A stretch of DNA of 64,000 nucleotides from Candidatus Omnitrophota bacterium (GTDB lineage: Bacteria; Hinthialibacterota; Hinthialibacteria; Hinthialibacterales; Hinthialibacteraceae), in assembly GCA_013177805.1 (NCBI GenBank), contig JABLXU010000008.1, positions 33,239-97,238 on the forward strand, given 5' to 3'. Shown here piece after piece: positions 45,243-55,266 of this stretch. Positions within the stretch are counted from its first letter, which is position 1; the number at the start of each line of letters is the position of its first letter. The translations under genes were made by a program, and so were the position numbers. Under the pieces are notes generated by a model. That model worked only from the letters and a program-made list of their open reading frames with translations. It made no database searches and had not been told where the DNA came from.

Positions 45243-46994
45243 CTAGGCAGAGTTTCGGGCAGCCGGAGCCGGAGAAGATGGCTTGGCAACGGGTAAATGA
45301 ATGGCGAAGGTACTGCCCTGACCCGGCGTGCTGTCCACCACGATCCTCCCCCTGTGGCTCTCGACGATATGCTTGACCACCGCCAGGCCCAGGCCGGTGC
45401 CGCCCGTTTCGCGAACCAGCGGATCGTCCACCCGGTGATATTCTTCGAAAATTTTCGCCCGTTGATCGGACGAGACACCGATGCCCTGATCTTTCACTTC
45501 AATAATCACCTCGCCGTTATGGGAATAGGCATTGACCCACACGTTTTTCCCCTCCCCCGAGTATTTCATGGCATTCGAGAGCAGGTTGAAGAGGGCTTGC
45601 CGGAGCGCCTCGCCATCGCACCGGACCGGCGGGAGGGCGGGATCGGCCGAGACGTGGAGATTCAGGCCATGCCGCTCGAAATGATACCGCATGGTTTCGG
45701 CGGTTTCCAGGACCAGGTTGCCGATGGGGCGTTCGGTCAGGGTGTATTGCTGTTTGTTGGCCTCGATGCGGGAGAAGTTGAGGATGTTGTTGATCATCTG
45801 GGCCAGACGTTCGCACTCCTTGGTAAGCGCGCGCAAATATTCCTGGCGTTTTTCCTCGTTTTTAGCGCGGTTGAGTTCCAAGGTTTCCGCGTAGAGGCGG
45901 ATAAGGCCAAGGGGGGTGCGCAGTTCGTGGGAGACCCGGGCCACGAAGTTGGAGCGCATGTCGGAGAGGGCCAGTTCGTGAGCGATGTTGCGCAGGGCGC
46001 TGATCACGGCGGCGATCATGATGACGTTGGCGGCGGCGATGAGGCAGTAATAGACCATTTTCTCATACCGCGCGGACATCATGATGTCTTCGCCGGTTTC
46101 ATCGGAAAAATGAATCTTGTACCAAGGGAACAGGTCGTTGTGAAAGGATTGAGGCAAATGTTTTTTGCTTTCCGCCATTTCCTTCCCGCCCGCCTCCTCG
46201 ATGGTGGCGATCCATTCGCCGGTCAAGTGATCCTCGATGGCAATGGGATAGGTCAGTTCGGCCTCCAGCTTGGCGACTTCCCGCTGCCACATTTCATCGA
46301 GGATGTTTTGGAAGAATTCCCGGTTGATGTATTGGAAATCGACGGTGAATCCAAAGGCCAAGATCGCGTTGCGCGGCGCGTTGTCTTCGGACCCCAACAT
46401 CGGATTCACTAGAGTGAATGAGGCCAGTTCGCGCTGATTGTCGGAGGGATAGAGTTCATCGGGATAACGCAAGTATTCGAAATGAATTTTCTCCGGAGTG
46501 TACGTATCGGGGTCGAGGAGGGCATGGTACGAATCCACCTTAAAATCAATGGCGCTTTTAAGCCGGGTGGCCAGCGCTTCTTTGTACCGGGTGGTACGCA
46601 CCCACTCCGATCCATATTTTCCATTGTCCGGCTTCCGTTCAAAAAAATAGATTTGGCGGTCCGAGCCGTATACGAAGAGGAACGCGGCGGCCGGGAATGA
46701 TTCCTGTAAGTGAATTTCGGCCTCCTCGGGGGGAGGAAAAACGGGAAATAGAGTGTCGATATCCCGCAGAAGGGCATTTTGGAAGGGTTTCTGAATGGTG
46801 TAAGTGAATTTTTCTTCGGTGCGGTTACGGAGGCTGCTAATGGTCATTTCCACCCGTTTTTGGGCGAGTTGTTCATAACGGATGTCGACGCTCCCCACGG
46901 TTTCCAGGCCCAAATAGGTCAACAAGCCCGCCGGGAGCAGGACGGCGAGAGGGGCGGTAATCAGAAAACGGCGGCGCGGAGTAATAAGCGGCAT
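45243..46994 (-). CDS. sensor histidine kinase with large extracytoplasmic domain
   Basis: N-terminal TM, a sensor region of about 300 aa, a second TM, the H-box SHELRTPLGLIRLYAETL, and N/G boxes (LFNLLSNAMKYS, GGTGLGLAVVKHIV). Confidence 0.88.
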   Translation of the reverse strand: MPLITPRRRFLITAPLAVLLPAGLLTYLGLETVGSVDIRYEQLAQKRVEMTISSLRNRTEEKFTYTIQKPFQNALLRDIDTLFPVFPPPEEAEIHLQESFPAAAFLFVYGSDRQIYFFERKPDNGKYGSEWVRTTRYKEALATRLKSAIDFKVDSYHALLDPDTYTPEKIHFEYLRYPDELYPSDNQRELASFTLVNPMLGSEDNAPRNAILAFGFTVDFQYINREFFQNILDEMWQREVAKLEAELTYPIAIEDHLTGEWIATIEEAGGKEMAESKKHLPQSFHNDLFPWYKIHFSDETGEDIMMSARYEKMVYYCLIAAANVIMIAAVISALRNIAHELALSDMRSNFVARVSHELRTPLGLIRLYAETLELNRAKNEEKRQEYLRALTKECERLAQMINNILNFSRIEANKQQYTLTERPIGNLVLETAETMRYHFERHGLNLHVSADPALPPVRCDGEALRQALFNLLSNAMKYSGEGKNVWVNAYSHNGEVIIEVKDQGIGVSSDQRAKIFEEYHRVDDPLVRETGGTGLGLAVVKHIVESHRGRIVVDSTPGQGSTFAIHLPVAKPSSPAPAARNSA

Positions 46995-47144
46995 GGACTT
47001 CCTGGATTCGCTGCGTCAAGCCGGAATTCGCGCCACGCCGGTCTTGCCTTTGACCGCTGCGTTTCGGATTCTCAGAAGATACCGGCGCGGCGTGGACGGG
47101 GCAATCCTTCAATTACAATTAAATTGTACCTCAATTGTACCCCG

Positions 47145-48044
47145 TTATTCGATGTTTTGCACTTGTTCGCGCAGTTGTTCGGTGGCGGCCTTCAGTTCGA
47201 GGGTCAGGCGGGTGATCGCCAGGGAAGAACTTTTGGAACCGATGGTATTGACCTCGCGGAACATCTCCTGGCAGAGGAAATCCAGACGGCGGCCGATGGC
47301 ATCATAGGGGGTGTCGTCTTGGCCGTTGGCGTTCAAGATTTCGCGGAACTGTTGGATATGGCTGTCCAAGCGGGCGGTTTCTTCCTGAATGTCGGATCGG
47401 TCCGTGTAATACGCCACTTCCTGGAGGACGCGGGCGGGGTCCAGTTCCAAGTTTTGGTTCCATTCCGCGATGCGGGAGAGCATTTTATCCCGGTATTCCT
47501 GCAACACGGCGCTCCGGAGGGATTGGATCTGCCGGTTCAATTCCTCCATGCGGTTGAGAATGGATTCCAACTCGCTTTTCAGGCGGGCGCCTTCGTTTTC
47601 CTTCATGGCGAGGAGATCCTGAATCGCCCGGTCCACCAAGTCTTTCAGGCGGTCCCACAACTGGCCGGGATCGATTTCCGGTTCCTCGAGTTCCAAGACG
47701 CCGGCTTGGGTGAGGAGAATTTCAACCCGAGGCTCGAAGGGGAGATCCAGTTCGCTGGCGATGGTCCGGGCGGCCTGAAGATATTGGCGGGCCACATCCA
47801 CTTTGGGTTGAACCATTTCCGAGGAGAACAAGGACCCGGCCACCCGGAGGCTGACTTCCACGCGTCCCCGCCGGATCTGTTTCTTCAGGCGCTCGCGGAC
47901 GGGCATTTCCAGCATAGCGAACAGACGCGGTGAATGGAAATGCACATCATGGTTTTTGTGGTTCAGGGTTTTGATTTCCAGGGTGATCCTGGCGTCATCG
48001 ATCTGTTCGCGATGGCTCGCGTAGCCTGTCATGCTTCGGATCAT
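47145..48044 (-). CDS. yicC: YicC family stress-induced protein
   Basis: MIRSMTGYASHREQ...LEIKTLNHKNHDVHFHSP and the C-terminal DxxEExxRL / INTIGSK motifs typical of YicC. Confidence 0.88.
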   Translation of the reverse strand: MIRSMTGYASHREQIDDARITLEIKTLNHKNHDVHFHSPRLFAMLEMPVRERLKKQIRRGRVEVSLRVAGSLFSSEMVQPKVDVARQYLQAARTIASELDLPFEPRVEILLTQAGVLELEEPEIDPGQLWDRLKDLVDRAIQDLLAMKENEGARLKSELESILNRMEELNRQIQSLRSAVLQEYRDKMLSRIAEWNQNLELDPARVLQEVAYYTDRSDIQEETARLDSHIQQFREILNANGQDDTPYDAIGRRLDFLCQEMFREVNTIGSKSSSLAITRLTLELKAATEQLREQVQNIE

Positions 48045-48194
48045 GCTTGCACCGCCGCCGAGTTGGAGTCCGGGATGATTTTTCGCGCGGCCGCTTGACC
48101 GGCGCGCGGCCGTTTCTTATGGTATCTAAATTCTTATGGTAACTAAATCCCGGCCGGGAAGCAATGATTCAAGCCGAAGATCGGAGGGTATTCA

Positions 48195-49058
48195 ATGACG
48201 CAAGCACGGATCGGCATTATCGGTGGTTCGGGCGTATACGACCTGGAAGGGATCGAGTATTTCAGCGAAATGGACATGGATACGCCGTTCGGCTCTCCCT
48301 CGGACACCTTGCGGCTGGGGCGGTTCGCGGACCGCGAACTGGTCTTTCTGCCCCGGCACGGGCGCGGGCACCAGTTCAATCCATCCCATGTTCCCTACCA
48401 GGCGAACCTGTACGCCATGAAACAGCTGGGCGTGGAGTGGATCGTGGCGGTGAACGCCGTCGGCAGCCTGCGGCTCGAAATGAAGCCGCTCGATTTCGTG
48501 GTTCCCGATCAGCTCATCGACCGCACCAAGAGCCGCCCCAACACGTTTTTCGATCCCATCGCCGTGCACGCTGGCTTTGCTGATCCATTCTGCAATCCGT
48601 TGCGGGACCTGTTGATCGAAGCGGCACGGGAATGCGGAATCCCCGTGCATCCGAAGGGGACGTATGTCTGCATGGAAGGGCCGCTCTTTTCCACCCGGGC
48701 GGAATCGAATCTGTACCGGAGTTGGGGCGCACACCTGATCGGCATGACCGCCCTGCCGGAAGCCAAACTGGCGCGTGAGGCGGAGATCTGTTACGCCATC
48801 GTGGCGGCGGTCACCGATTACGATTGCTGGCATGAGGTGGATGTGGACATCGAGACCGTGATCGAGTATCTCACCAAAAACGCCGCGAATCTCAAGAGCC
48901 TGATCAAAGCGGTGATCCCCAAAATTCCCCGCTCCCGGGACGCTAGCCGCTGCGGCTGCCCGGAAGCGCTGAAAAACGCGGTTCTCACCCGGCCGTCCGA
49001 TTTTCCTGAAGACCGCCGCGAAGCCTTTGAGTTTTTAATCCGGAAATACCGGTCCTGA
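48195..49058 (+). CDS. mtnP: S-methyl-5'-thioadenosine phosphorylase
   Basis: RIGIIGGSGVYDL, FLPRHGRGHQFNPSHVPYQANLYAMKQLGVEWIVAVNAVGSL and EGPLFSTRAES motifs. GGAGGG RBS upstream. Confidence 0.9.
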   Translation: MTQARIGIIGGSGVYDLEGIEYFSEMDMDTPFGSPSDTLRLGRFADRELVFLPRHGRGHQFNPSHVPYQANLYAMKQLGVEWIVAVNAVGSLRLEMKPLDFVVPDQLIDRTKSRPNTFFDPIAVHAGFADPFCNPLRDLLIEAARECGIPVHPKGTYVCMEGPLFSTRAESNLYRSWGAHLIGMTALPEAKLAREAEICYAIVAAVTDYDCWHEVDVDIETVIEYLTKNAANLKSLIKAVIPKIPRSRDASRCGCPEALKNAVLTRPSDFPEDRREAFEFLIRKYRS

Positions 49059-49158
49059 AGGAAGGATGGCCAAGGAGAATGAAACAGGTTTGCCGCTATC
49101 TCACCGCCCGCTGGGAACGATATAGGAACCATTGAATCGTCAGCAGAATCGGTAGCAG

Positions 49159-49192
49159 AAAAACCGCCCCGGGCTTCCGTCCTGGGCGGTTT
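49159..49192. terminator. hairpin between convergent mtnP and gspF/pilC genes (possible bidirectional terminator)
   Basis: ACCGCCC (49163-49169) pairs with GGGCGGT (49184-49190), with A5 on the 5' side and TTT on the 3' side. The U-run is better on the minus-strand transcript. Confidence 0.45.
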
Positions 49193-49261
49193 AGAATTCT
49201 CCGATGGAGATCAAAACTTCTCATGGAAACCCGCTAAGGGTTATAAAGAGAATGCGAGCGC

Positions 49262-50512
49262 TTATTTCTTGCCCATGGCGTCGGAGATACTGAAGATGGG
49301 CAGGTACAAGGCCACGACGACGGTTCCGATGATGCCGCCCAGCACGACGATCAGCAACGGCTCGATCAGTTTCGCCAGCCCGTCCACGGCGTCATCCACC
49401 TCGCGTTCGTAGGCTTCCGCCACCTTGATGAGCATTTTGTCCAACGCCCCGGTTTCCTCCCCGACCGCGATCATGTGCACCACCAGGGGAGGAAAGATGG
49501 AAAAGTTTTTCATCGGCTCTGATACAGTATCTCCGTCGCGGATGGACGCGTGGATGTCCACCATGGCGCGCGCGATCACTTCGTTGCCGGAGGTGTCTTT
49601 GACGATGAGTAACGTCTGAAGAATCGGGACACCGGTGTCCAGCAATGTCCCGAAAGTCCGCGCGAACCGGGCGATGGCCGATTTTTGCAGAATTCCGCCG
49701 AACACGGGCAGCCGCAGCTTGATCCGGTCTAAGATATACCGCCCTTGGCTGGTTTTAGCGGTTAATTTCAACAGCACGACGATTCCCACAATCACCAGGA
49801 GCGGATAATACCAGTAAATTACCAGGTTATCGCTCAAATCCACCAGCTTTTGGGTCAACCACGGCAGTTCCGAGCCCAATCCCGTGAACATGTCGGCGAA
49901 CTTGGGCACCACGAAAATCAAAATAATGGATGTAGCCACGCACGCGATGGTGATAACCACCAGCGGGTACCACATCGCGCCTTTCACCTTCGACCGCACG
50001 GCCTGCGCCTTTTCTTGAAAAAGGGCGAGACGGTCCAAGACCTGCTCCAACGCGCCACCGATCTCCCCTGCTTTGATCATATTCACATACAGGCGGTTGA
50101 AGATTTTGGGATACTTGGCCATGGCCTCCGAAAGCGTGCTGCCTCCTTCGACCGATTCCGTGATGCCGATCACCGCTTCCTTCAGGTTTTTGTCTTCCAC
50201 CTGCTCCTGTAAAATCTGGAGGCTGCGCAACAGAGGCAAGCCCGCGCCAATCAGCGTGGCCAGCTGCCGGGAAAAGGCGGATATATGCTTTAATTTGACT
50301 TTCCCGCGGGAGATGACTTTCTGAATCCCCCGGACGATCGGCAAGTCCATGATATCGACCTGGCCGACATTGGTCCGGGAACGGCTCACCTGGGTGACGT
50401 AATACCCCATACTCCGCAACCGTTCGACGACCGCCTCTTCCCCTGTGGCCTCGATCGATCCCTTGATTTCTCTCCCCCCTTTGTCCAGCGCTTTATACGA
50501 ATATGTAGGCAT
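49262..50512 (-). CDS. type II secretion system F / type IV pilus PilC family platform protein
   Basis: 416 aa: MPTYSYKALDKGGREIKGSIEA, duplicated GspF domains (ISAFSRQLATLIGAGLPLLRSLQIL; IARFARTFGTLLDTGVPILQTL) and three TM blocks. Confidence 0.88.
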   Translation of the reverse strand: MPTYSYKALDKGGREIKGSIEATGEEAVVERLRSMGYYVTQVSRSRTNVGQVDIMDLPIVRGIQKVISRGKVKLKHISAFSRQLATLIGAGLPLLRSLQILQEQVEDKNLKEAVIGITESVEGGSTLSEAMAKYPKIFNRLYVNMIKAGEIGGALEQVLDRLALFQEKAQAVRSKVKGAMWYPLVVITIACVATSIILIFVVPKFADMFTGLGSELPWLTQKLVDLSDNLVIYWYYPLLVIVGIVVLLKLTAKTSQGRYILDRIKLRLPVFGGILQKSAIARFARTFGTLLDTGVPILQTLLIVKDTSGNEVIARAMVDIHASIRDGDTVSEPMKNFSIFPPLVVHMIAVGEETGALDKMLIKVAEAYEREVDDAVDGLAKLIEPLLIVVLGGIIGTVVVALYLPIFSISDAMGKK

Positions 50513-50567
50513 AGGTATGCTCCCGTCCCACCAATAGAACTCAACTCTGAGATTGACTTTATCTAAT

Positions 50568-50595
50568 ATTATAAGAAACCAGGGGGCAACGTCAA
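50568..50595 (-). promoter_or_regulatory. near-consensus sigma70-type promoter for gspF/pilC
   Basis: On the minus strand: TTGACG (50595-50590), 16-nt spacer, TATAAT (50573-50568), about 55 nt upstream of the ATG at 50512. Confidence 0.45.
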
Positions 50596-50881
50596 CGTAG
50601 CGGCGATAAATAGGCAGGAATCATCCAAAATCTCCTAGAAGAGTACGGACAGAAAAGTATGGAATCGAATTTTCCCTAGAGGTTAGAATGAGTCAACCTT
50701 CCGCCTTCCTTTTTCCTAGTAAAATATAAGTATAATGAAATCAAATCGTTATGTTTTGAATCCTTCCCTAATCCATGGCCCACCCCTGGAACCAGGCGCA
50801 GTCTGGCGATTTGCTCTTCAAACATCTCGTTTTCCGATTGACCGGTTTCACGGCACGCAATCTACTCAGCCGGAGGATGGT

Positions 50882-52429
50882 CTATGTCCTTTTTTCGGAA
50901 GGAGCGAGCCGCCCATAAGTCTCGGTCAGATCCCGCAGGCGCTCCCGCATGACGTCCGTCAAACGGTCTGGGGTAAATCGCCATTGCCAATTTCCTCCGG
51001 GATTGCCCGGCAGATTCATGCGGGCTTCACTGCCATCCCCTAGAATGTCTTGCAAAGGAAAAATGACCGTGTCCGCCACCGAACTCATCAGGACGCGGAT
51101 GCAATCCCAGTGAATCTCCCCGCCGGTCGTGTTCAAGTACTTTCGGGCATAGGTCCGTTCTTGTTCGACCTGTTCCGGCGTCCGGGTGCTACCCTCGCCG
51201 GGCGCCGCCTGCCACCACCCCACCGTGGTGTCGTTGTCGTGTGTCCCCGTGTAAGCCACCAGGTTGTGCGTGAAATTGTGCGGCAGATAGGGATTGGCCG
51301 GCCCAGAACCGAACGCGAATTGCAAAATGGCCATGCCCGGAAACTCGAAGTCCAACCGCAACTCTTCCACCTCGGGCGTGATCACGCCCAGGTTCTCGGC
51401 GATAATCTTCAATTCCCCCAAGGCGTTCTGCAGCGCGTTGAACAGCGCCCTGCCCGGCCCCGCCACCCAGCGCCCGTTGACCGCCGTGGATTCCGTGGCC
51501 GGTACTTCCCAATACGATTCAAATCCCCGGAAATGATCCAGCCGGACGATATCGATCAAGCGCAGCGTCTCCTGGAAGCGCGCGATCCACCACTGAAAGC
51601 CCGACTGCTCCAGTTTATCCCAGCGGTAAATGGGATTCCCCCATAACTGGCCGGTCTGACTGAAATAATCCGGCGGCACACCCGCCACCACCAACGGATT
51701 CCCGTGTTCATCGAGATGAAAGATTTCCGGCTGTGCCCAGACATCGGCGCTGTCGTGGGCGACATAAATGGGAATGTCCCCGATGATCGAAATCCCTTTT
51801 TTGTTGCAATATTCCTTCAACTTACGCCACTGTTTGAAAAACAAAAACTGCCAGAACTTGCGCGTGTCGATCTCCACCGACAGCTTCTTTTCCCAATGCG
51901 CGTAGGCGTCTGGCCGACGGCGGGCAATGCCCTCCTCCCATTGGGTCCACACCACGCCGTGGTGGGCTTCTTTCACCGACATGAACACGGCGTAATCGTG
52001 CAGCCACCAGCCGTTGTCCCAGCAAAACGAACGGAACTCATCCTCGAGCGTCGAAGGGGGGTGCGCCCGGAAATATTCGTAAGCCTTTTGCAGAATCGAT
52101 AACTTGTACGAAATCACCTGGCCGTAATCCACGCGGTGAGGATCGAATCCCGGAGCGTTTTCCAGGTCCTTCGGATCGAGCACCTTTTCGTCGATCAAGG
52201 TTTCCAGATTGATCAACAACGGATTTCCGGCAAACGCCGAAAAACACTGGTAGGGTGAATCGCCATACCCGGTTGGTCCCAAGGGAAGGACTTGCCATAA
52301 CCGCTGGCCCGCTCCCGCCAGAAAATCCACAAACCGGTAGGCTTCCGGCCCCAGGTCGCCGATGCCGAATCGTCCTGGCAACGAAGTGGGGTGCAATAAA
52401 ATTCCACTGGCTCTGGAAAATCTCATCAT
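50882..52429 (-). CDS. malQ: 4-alpha-glucanotransferase (amylomaltase, GH77)
   Basis: The ATG at 52429 gives MMRFSRASGILLHPTSLPGRFGIGDLGPEAYRFVDFLAGAGQRLWQVLPLGPTGYGDSPYQCFSAFAGNPLLI. Further motifs are RLDHFRGF and YTGTHDNDT. Confidence 0.9.
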   Translation of the reverse strand: MMRFSRASGILLHPTSLPGRFGIGDLGPEAYRFVDFLAGAGQRLWQVLPLGPTGYGDSPYQCFSAFAGNPLLINLETLIDEKVLDPKDLENAPGFDPHRVDYGQVISYKLSILQKAYEYFRAHPPSTLEDEFRSFCWDNGWWLHDYAVFMSVKEAHHGVVWTQWEEGIARRRPDAYAHWEKKLSVEIDTRKFWQFLFFKQWRKLKEYCNKKGISIIGDIPIYVAHDSADVWAQPEIFHLDEHGNPLVVAGVPPDYFSQTGQLWGNPIYRWDKLEQSGFQWWIARFQETLRLIDIVRLDHFRGFESYWEVPATESTAVNGRWVAGPGRALFNALQNALGELKIIAENLGVITPEVEELRLDFEFPGMAILQFAFGSGPANPYLPHNFTHNLVAYTGTHDNDTTVGWWQAAPGEGSTRTPEQVEQERTYARKYLNTTGGEIHWDCIRVLMSSVADTVIFPLQDILGDGSEARMNLPGNPGGNWQWRFTPDRLTDVMRERLRDLTETYGRLAPSEKRT

Positions 52430-52637
52430 TCGGCGCTCGCATAGATTTATATAATACGATCCCCATCTTATTTCATTTCCCGCCGGGCAATCAAGCAATC
52501 CCGGGGAGTTCAGGGATCGTTCAAGCCGCCCTGAGTGGAAACCTGGGCCATTGCCCTGCCGTGAAGCGGCTTCAAAACTGACTCGAATATAGACAAAGTT
52601 GAAAATTCGACATTTCAGGATTCCATCACCCTATTTT

Positions 52638-52674
52638 GCTCCCGGAGGGAGAGGGAAATGGTAAGCCTTCCCTT
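52638..52674. repeat. GC-rich intergenic repeat, copy G (GGAGGGAGAGGGAA subtype)
   Basis: gctcccggagggagagggaaatggtaagccttccctt. It shares the 14-mer GGAGGGAGAGGGAA and the terminal TTCCCTT with copy H. Confidence 0.55.
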
Positions 52675-52773
52675 CCATGCTCAAACTCGGTATCGAGCAA
52701 AGAGAAAAGACGGGATTCGTGCCAATAGTGAATCTGGATGATACGCATTCCATAATGATCCGTTTGAATCGAA

Positions 52774-54207
52774 TTATTTGAAATCCTTGAGATTGAAATC
52801 ATATTCCCGCAGTTTCCGGTACAATGTCGCCTGACTGATTTGCAGGCCCACGGCCGCCTGCGCGATATTCCCCCGGGTGATCCGCAACGCCTGCTCCACC
52901 GCCTTTTTTTCTAATTCCATCAACGGAATGATGCGGCCATCCGGTAAGATGGGCCCCGGTTCCAGGGACTCGGTTTCCAGAGGCTCGGCCCCGGAGGAGG
53001 AAACGGTAACCTCGATCCGTTCCCGCGGCGTTTTGATCTCCATGGTCCGCACCGCCTCGGGAAGCATGGGGATTTCCAAGATTTTGCCTGTGTGGAGCAA
53101 GACGGCTTGCTGAATGCAATTCTCCAACTCGCGCACGTTTCCCGGCCAGGGATACGACTGCATTGCCCGCAAGGCTCCCGGAGCTATGGCGGTAAAGGCT
53201 TTCCCGTATTCGACGGCGTATTTTTTCAAGAAATGATCCGCCAAGGCTGGCAGATCCTCGATCCGTTCCCGGAGCGGGGGCAGGTGGATGTTCACCACAT
53301 TCAGGCGGTAGTACAGGTCTTCCCGCAAATGCCCCTGGCGGATGGCTTCCTGGGGCGGCCGGTTGGTGGCGGAGAGGATGCGGGTATCCACGTGGATTTT
53401 TTCTTCCCCGCCGACCCGGTTAAAGGAAAAATCCTGCAGAAACCGCAGGATTTTGGCTTGGAGGTTGTACTCCATTTCCCCAATTTCATCCAAGAATAAA
53501 GTGGATTGATGGGCGCGTTCGCAACACCCGGTATACCGCCGGACCGCGCCGGTAAAGGCGCTTTTTTCATGCCCGAAGAGTTCGCTTTCCAGCAACTCCT
53601 TGGGAATGGCGGCACAGTTGACATCCGCCAGTTCGTTGTTCCGGCGGGGAGACAGATTGTGGATAGCGCGCGCCACCAGTTCCTTGCCGGTGCCGCTTTC
53701 TCCGGTAATCAGCACGGGCGCTTTGGTGGGCGCCACGGTTTCGATGATGTGATAGACCACCTGCATGGCCGGACTGCCGCCGATCAGGTCACCCAGCCCC
53801 GCCCGCCGGGTCTTTTCCAGGGTGGTTACTTTTCGTTTGAGGGCATATTGTTGCAGCGCGTTCTTGACCGATACCTTCAACCGGTTGTCTTCCACGGGTT
53901 TGGGGAAAAAATCAAACGCGCCCCGCTGCATTGCCTCGACAACGATTTCAATGCTGCCATGGGCGGTAATCATGATAATCGGCAAATCCGGAACACGTTC
54001 TTGGATTTCCGGGATCAGGTCGATGCCGTTCGCGTCCGGCAGCAAGATGTCCAATAACAAGGTATCGAACTGGGCCTCTTCGAACGCTTGGCGCATCCCG
54101 GCCGCCGTGGCCTCGCCGCGCACCCGGTATCCGCACTTGGTCAGAGTGACTTCCAGCCGTTGCCGGGTGACATCATCGTCGTCGATTATCAGGATGTTGG
54201 GATCCAT
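52774..54207 (-). CDS. sigma-54-dependent response regulator (NtrC family)
   Basis: Receiver domain (ILIIDDDDVTRQ...DTLLLDILLPD). AAA+ domain (GESGTGKELVARAIH, EKSAFTGAV, LFLDEIGEM). C-terminal Fis-type HTH (GNIAQAAVGLQISQATLYRKLREY). Confidence 0.9.
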   Translation of the reverse strand: MDPNILIIDDDDVTRQRLEVTLTKCGYRVRGEATAAGMRQAFEEAQFDTLLLDILLPDANGIDLIPEIQERVPDLPIIMITAHGSIEIVVEAMQRGAFDFFPKPVEDNRLKVSVKNALQQYALKRKVTTLEKTRRAGLGDLIGGSPAMQVVYHIIETVAPTKAPVLITGESGTGKELVARAIHNLSPRRNNELADVNCAAIPKELLESELFGHEKSAFTGAVRRYTGCCERAHQSTLFLDEIGEMEYNLQAKILRFLQDFSFNRVGGEEKIHVDTRILSATNRPPQEAIRQGHLREDLYYRLNVVNIHLPPLRERIEDLPALADHFLKKYAVEYGKAFTAIAPGALRAMQSYPWPGNVRELENCIQQAVLLHTGKILEIPMLPEAVRTMEIKTPRERIEVTVSSSGAEPLETESLEPGPILPDGRIIPLMELEKKAVEQALRITRGNIAQAAVGLQISQATLYRKLREYDFNLKDFK

Positions 54208-54446
54208 CGAAGTCCGGTTATTCTCTCTTTAAGTGAACGAATCAGATACCCTTCCTGCGAGCGGTAAATAATAACTTTTCTCATTATACGCCCATTTGGC
54301 GTTCGGAGAACGTCCGGGATGGATTATGACCGGGAATCTGGGCTGCTCGTTGGTGTTGGTTTCTGGCATCGATCGACATACAATGGGGAACATCTTTCAT
54401 TCAACCTGTCGCATGCCAGTTTCAACGGCGAGGTGAGGTGGGTGGC

Positions 54447-54824
54447 ATGGATCGGACGATATTGATTATCGAAGACCACAGAGACAGCCGCGAAATGCTG
54501 GCCGATGCCCTGGAGTTTTCCGGATACCACGTCTTGCAGGCTCCCGACGGCCCCGAGGGCGAGGAACTGGCGGCACGCCACCAGCCGGATTTGATTCTCC
54601 TCGACATCTCTCTCCCCACCAAGTCCGGCCTGGAGGTGTTGCGATTTCTGCGTAACCAAGAGCCAACCCGCCGGATTCCCGTCATCGCCTTCACGGCCCA
54701 CGCCCGGCCGGAAGATAAACAGCAAGCCATCCAGGCGGGATGCACCGCCTACCTCCCCAAACCGGTGAAGCCCCGGCAAGTGATTCAAGAAATCGCCCGG
54801 TTGTTGAACGAACAGCCGGAATAA
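54447..54824 (+). CDS. single-domain response regulator (CheY-like receiver)
   Basis: MDRTILIIEDHRDSREML...PDLILLDISLPTKSGLEVL...IPVIAFTAHA...YLPKP. The track ORF begins at a GTG at 54438. Confidence 0.85.
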   Translation: MDRTILIIEDHRDSREMLADALEFSGYHVLQAPDGPEGEELAARHQPDLILLDISLPTKSGLEVLRFLRNQEPTRRIPVIAFTAHARPEDKQQAIQAGCTAYLPKPVKPRQVIQEIARLLNEQPE

Positions 54825-54846
54825 ATCCGGTGGATCCGGGACGGGA

Positions 54847-55266
54847 ATGTCATCCAACATGCGTACAGATCTCAAACCTCTTGTTCCGCGGTGGCGCTGG
54901 TGGGTTACGGGGGGGGTAATCGTTTTCTTCGTAATTCTGGTGGTTGAACAGGCTTGGCGCTATCAGTGGATACGCTCGCAAATCGGCGAATACGCCTATT
55001 CATCCCCCTACGCCCTCCGGCAACTGGGGAAGGAAGGCGAGTACATCGGCCAGGTGGTGGACATGCGCTGGAACATCCCGCCGCTCCGCCCCGATGACGT
55101 GAAAGGACTGCAACCCCGCTACCTGATCGCGCGCGAAACCGTGCCTGGCGTAACAGAAGAGCAGTGGTGGTGCGCTTATCTCTTCGTTTTATCTCCGGAA
55201 CCGCCCGCCCAGTACAAGCCCAGCCCTTTCCCCAAGTTGACCCTGCTCCCTCATGCGGTTCAGTGA
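54847..55266 (+). CDS. hypothetical single-pass membrane protein
   Basis: TM segment WWVTGGVIVFFVILVV. It lies 22 nt after the receiver gene. No recognised motif. Confidence 0.45.
   Translation: MSSNMRTDLKPLVPRWRWWVTGGVIVFFVILVVEQAWRYQWIRSQIGEYAYSSPYALRQLGKEGEYIGQVVDMRWNIPPLRPDDVKGLQPRYLIARETVPGVTEEQWWCAYLFVLSPEPPAQYKPSPFPKLTLLPHAVQ

Noticed and set aside
54208-54446. A sigma-54 promoter (TGGCAC-N5-TTGC) near the NtrC-type activator; TGGCAT occurs at about 54363
   Set aside because: The GG-N10-GC spacing is not satisfied (TGGCATCGATCGACAT). Other TGGCAC hits (around 4853 and 28173) are inside coding sequence.
55260-55266. Convergent genes overlap in the palindrome TCAGTGA, which contains both stop codons
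   Set aside because: The overlap is real but trivial. A 7-nt 3' overlap of convergent ORFs is common and has no evident regulatory meaning on its own.
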